Assembly: GCA_948468685.1 (NCBI GenBank)
Contig: CAOKJC010000001.1
Coordinates: 1-37,387 of the forward strand
Length of the DNA stretch: 37,387 nucleotides
Origin: an uncultured Clostridium sp.
Lineage (GTDB): Bacteria; Bacillota; Clostridia; TANB77; CAG-508
Direction: 5' to 3'
Below the pieces are notes generated by a model, which saw nothing but the letters and a program-made list of their open reading frames with translations, was not told the origin of the DNA and did not search any database. The translations under genes and the position numbers were made by a program. Of this stretch, positions 35,317-37,387 are shown one piece after another (the stretch's first letter is position 1; each line of letters begins with the position of its first letter).

Positions 35317-35431
35317 AATTATCACCTTCATGTATTACATAATATAATAATAGACATTTACTAATATTAATACTAATAAATATCTACTACTATTATATTT
35401 TGTCGAATTATAAATGTTACTATCATAGTAA

Positions 35432-36850
35432 TTATAATTTATGCTCTCTTGCAAAAGCCTCTGCATCTTGATTCATTTCTCTCTTTACATTTTCGACAAT
35501 CTGCTCATTAGATAATCGATCTTTATTTTCATACATTTCTCTTAATAATTTATCTTTAACTTCACTTTCGGAAAAAACTTCCTTAATCTTTTCGTCTCCC
35601 TCTTCATTTTCATAATTAAAAATTTCTGTCACATAACTATTTAACGCTTCTTCTGACAAATGACTATGTGTTTTAGTATATTCTAATCCATCATAATCTT
35701 TAGCATTTGTAGGATTGCATCCTTCTTCAGTATGTTCTTCAACTTCATTTTGTATTCTTTCTTTTTGCTCAATTCCTTTATTTCTATTCATTATCTCTTT
35801 TGTTTCAATTGGAATAACTGGTGTCTTTGAAGTCTCAATTTGAATACCTACATTTTCATTCTCTTCTAATGTTTTCTGATACATAAACATTTGAACACTG
35901 CCTTGACTGTTTTCACATCCTATACTTATTCCATTAGATTTTCTTGTATAAACTGATAAATCTTCATTATCTCTTGTTGCTGTTCCATCTGCTCTTATTT
36001 TAGTTTGTTCTCTACTTGCATTATTTCCTACTGTTTTGTCCATTTCAAATTCATCATTTAAAACTCTTGCTTCTCCATCCTTTGTCATTCCAACTAATGA
36101 ATATGTTGTATTATTTATTTTTGAATTAGCTGTAACTTCTTTTACTTTTTCAGAATAAACAACATATACACTATCATATTCTTCTAAATCTAATCTTTTT
36201 CCTAAAGTTTCTTTCCCATCTACTAATTTATTTAAGTTAGCCTTTTGAATTCCATTTACTTTGATTTTTTCAGATTGTTTTTCAGATAAATCGTTTTCAT
36301 CTTTATCTTCACGTTCTTCTTTTTCCTCATTTAGCTCTTCGATTTCTTCTTTATCCATTTCTTCTAAAAGTTCCTCAACTTCATCCTCTGAAACTTCTTT
36401 TCCTAAATGAGCTGTTAAAACTTCTGAAAGTTCTTTTCTTTTTAAAGCATTTAATGAATTTGCTTCTATTTCTTTTTCCGATGTTCTTTCTAATAATTCA
36501 TTAACAGCTTGCATTTTATCTAGCTCTGAATTTTCAAAACTTGAATTATATGCTATTTCATTGTCTCCTATTGTGCCACCAATACATTTATCTCCCAAAT
36601 AATAATTTTTTTGCTCTGTTATCCTCTCTTTCCCTTCTTCGTCAATTTCTTTAATTTGTTTTTCTACTATAAATAAGTTTTCTGAGATTGGTTTTCCATT
36701 AATTTTGTCTTGCCATGTTGCTTGTCCTACAAATTTTATATCTTTTATTGATACTTCTCTATTTTCTTTTTGATTTTTTATTAATTCATTTTCTATTGTA
36801 TCTTTTAAGTCTTCTTCTAATTCTAATATTTCTTTTTCTCTTTGATTCAT
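35432..36850 (-). CDS. Hypothetical highly acidic protein (472 aa), no family recognised
   Basis: Long ORF with consistent codon usage. Candidate promoter TTGACA (36924-36919), 16 nt spacer, TATAAT (36902-36897). Glu/Asp/Lys-rich central linker (EDEVEELLEEMDKEEIEELNEEKEEREDKDEND). Confidence 0.5.
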   Translation of the reverse strand: MNQREKEILELEEDLKDTIENELIKNQKENREVSIKDIKFVGQATWQDKINGKPISENLFIVEKQIKEIDEEGKERITEQKNYYLGDKCIGGTIGDNEIAYNSSFENSELDKMQAVNELLERTSEKEIEANSLNALKRKELSEVLTAHLGKEVSEDEVEELLEEMDKEEIEELNEEKEEREDKDENDLSEKQSEKIKVNGIQKANLNKLVDGKETLGKRLDLEEYDSVYVVYSEKVKEVTANSKINNTTYSLVGMTKDGEARVLNDEFEMDKTVGNNASREQTKIRADGTATRDNEDLSVYTRKSNGISIGCENSQGSVQMFMYQKTLEENENVGIQIETSKTPVIPIETKEIMNRNKGIEQKERIQNEVEEHTEEGCNPTNAKDYDGLEYTKTHSHLSEEALNSYVTEIFNYENEEGDEKIKEVFSESEVKDKLLREMYENKDRLSNEQIVENVKREMNQDAEAFAREHKL

Positions 36851-36926
36851 AATATTTCATCCTTTCTTTTAGATTAATATTATTATACCACAAATTATTA
36901 TAATTCCAAGTATAATATTGTCAAAT

Positions 36927-36957
36927 TAAAAAACAAAGGAATATCAAGCTTATTCCT
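36927..36957 (-). terminator. Rho-independent terminator after the 63-aa ORF
   Basis: Minus strand AGGAATA-agcttga-TATTCCT followed by TTGTTTTTT. Confidence 0.5.
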
Positions 36958-36982
36958 GATATCCCTTAGTACTTCATATGCG

Positions 36983-37174
36983 TTATTTCATATTAACCTC
37001 TTTCACACTGAACCCAACATATTCGTTATTGATAGAATAATTCTTTTCTACTATTTCTTCATCTACATTTTCTATATCAAGTTTGTTTGCTGTCCAGCCT
37101 TCAGCCGCTCCTCTGTAATCAAGACTACCCTTTACTGCAATAAACGCTATTGCAACATTCCAATTAAAACACAT
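36983..37174 (-). CDS. Hypothetical small protein (63 aa)
   Basis: ORF only. Weak SD. Followed by a terminator. Confidence 0.3.
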   Translation of the reverse strand: MCFNWNVAIAFIAVKGSLDYRGAAEGWTANKLDIENVDEEIVEKNYSINNEYVGFSVKEVNMK

Positions 37175-37196
37175 AGTAAGATTCTCACATTCTTCT

Positions 37197-37387
37197 CTAT
37201 ATATACTTTCTCCATGTAGTTCCTTTTACTGTTGAATATGGATTTCCATTTACTACAAAATATATTATTTCATCATTACTTTCATTTTTTCCAAAACTAC
37301 CTATATAATTCTCATATTCTCCTAATATTGAGTTTTCTCTTCTTTCTGCTTCTTCATAACTATTTTTGGCATCTCCTGCCTTTTGGA
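37197..37387 (-). CDS. Hypothetical protein, C-terminal fragment (5' end outside the window)
   Basis: Minus-strand frame is open from the window edge to TAG 37199-37197: ...QKAGDAKNSYEEAERRENSILGEYENYIGSFGKNESNDEIIYFVVNGNPYSTVKGTTWRKYI. Confidence 0.4.
   Translation of the reverse strand, partial: QKAGDAKNSYEEAERRENSILGEYENYIGSFGKNESNDEIIYFVVNGNPYSTVKGTTWRKYI

Noticed and set aside
35332-37387. Calling the right-hand end a prophage or defence island
   Set aside because: No integrase, nuclease, ATPase or other hallmark motifs were recognisable in the visible ORFs. It is reported only as uncharacterised accessory-like DNA.

Overview
This is a very AT-rich, low-GC Firmicute (Clostridia-like) chromosomal segment, transcribed almost entirely on the minus strand. 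No rRNA, tRNA or CRISPR array was seen.

Gene content, left to right:
- Positions 1-8281 are one uninterrupted minus-strand ORF. It is missing from the ORF track because it has no stop codon in the window. It encodes a giant surface adhesin with DUF11/CARDB-like, SdrD-B and Cna-B/SpaA-type repeats and a Pro-rich linker.
- A Spo0E-like small protein (also missed by the track) and an M16 (pitrilysin-family) peptidase pair.
- An Rpn-family nuclease, rpsU (missed by the track) and an APH-like kinase.
- A radical-SAM putative DNA modification/repair gene pair and a LiaF-like/DUF4097 pair.
- ftsH, tilS, an IS200-like HUH/Y1 (RAYT-type) transposase, dnaB and rplI.
- A plus-strand leucine-rich-repeat-variant protein, gdpP, a YhgE/Pip-like secreted protein and an MMPL transporter.
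- A divergent TetR regulator, an orphan FeoA, and uncharacterised ORFs at the right edge.

Most notable observations:
1. A RAYT gene is bracketed by perfect inverted 31-nt GC-core hairpins. The same REP-like hairpin family (two subfamilies, singlets and inverted doublets) is scattered over the next 11 kb. It abuts stop codons and SD sequences and supplies the last codons plus the stop codon of two unrelated genes.
2. The giant adhesin ORF contains an in-frame junction that looks like a C-terminal wall/membrane anchor fused directly to a new signal peptide, with no stop codon and no SD.
3. A second repeat family, a conserved two-hairpin element with compensatory base changes, sits directly upstream of the SD of both ftsH and the downstream M16 peptidase gene.
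4. A 98-nt imperfect palindrome lies between rplI and dnaB.
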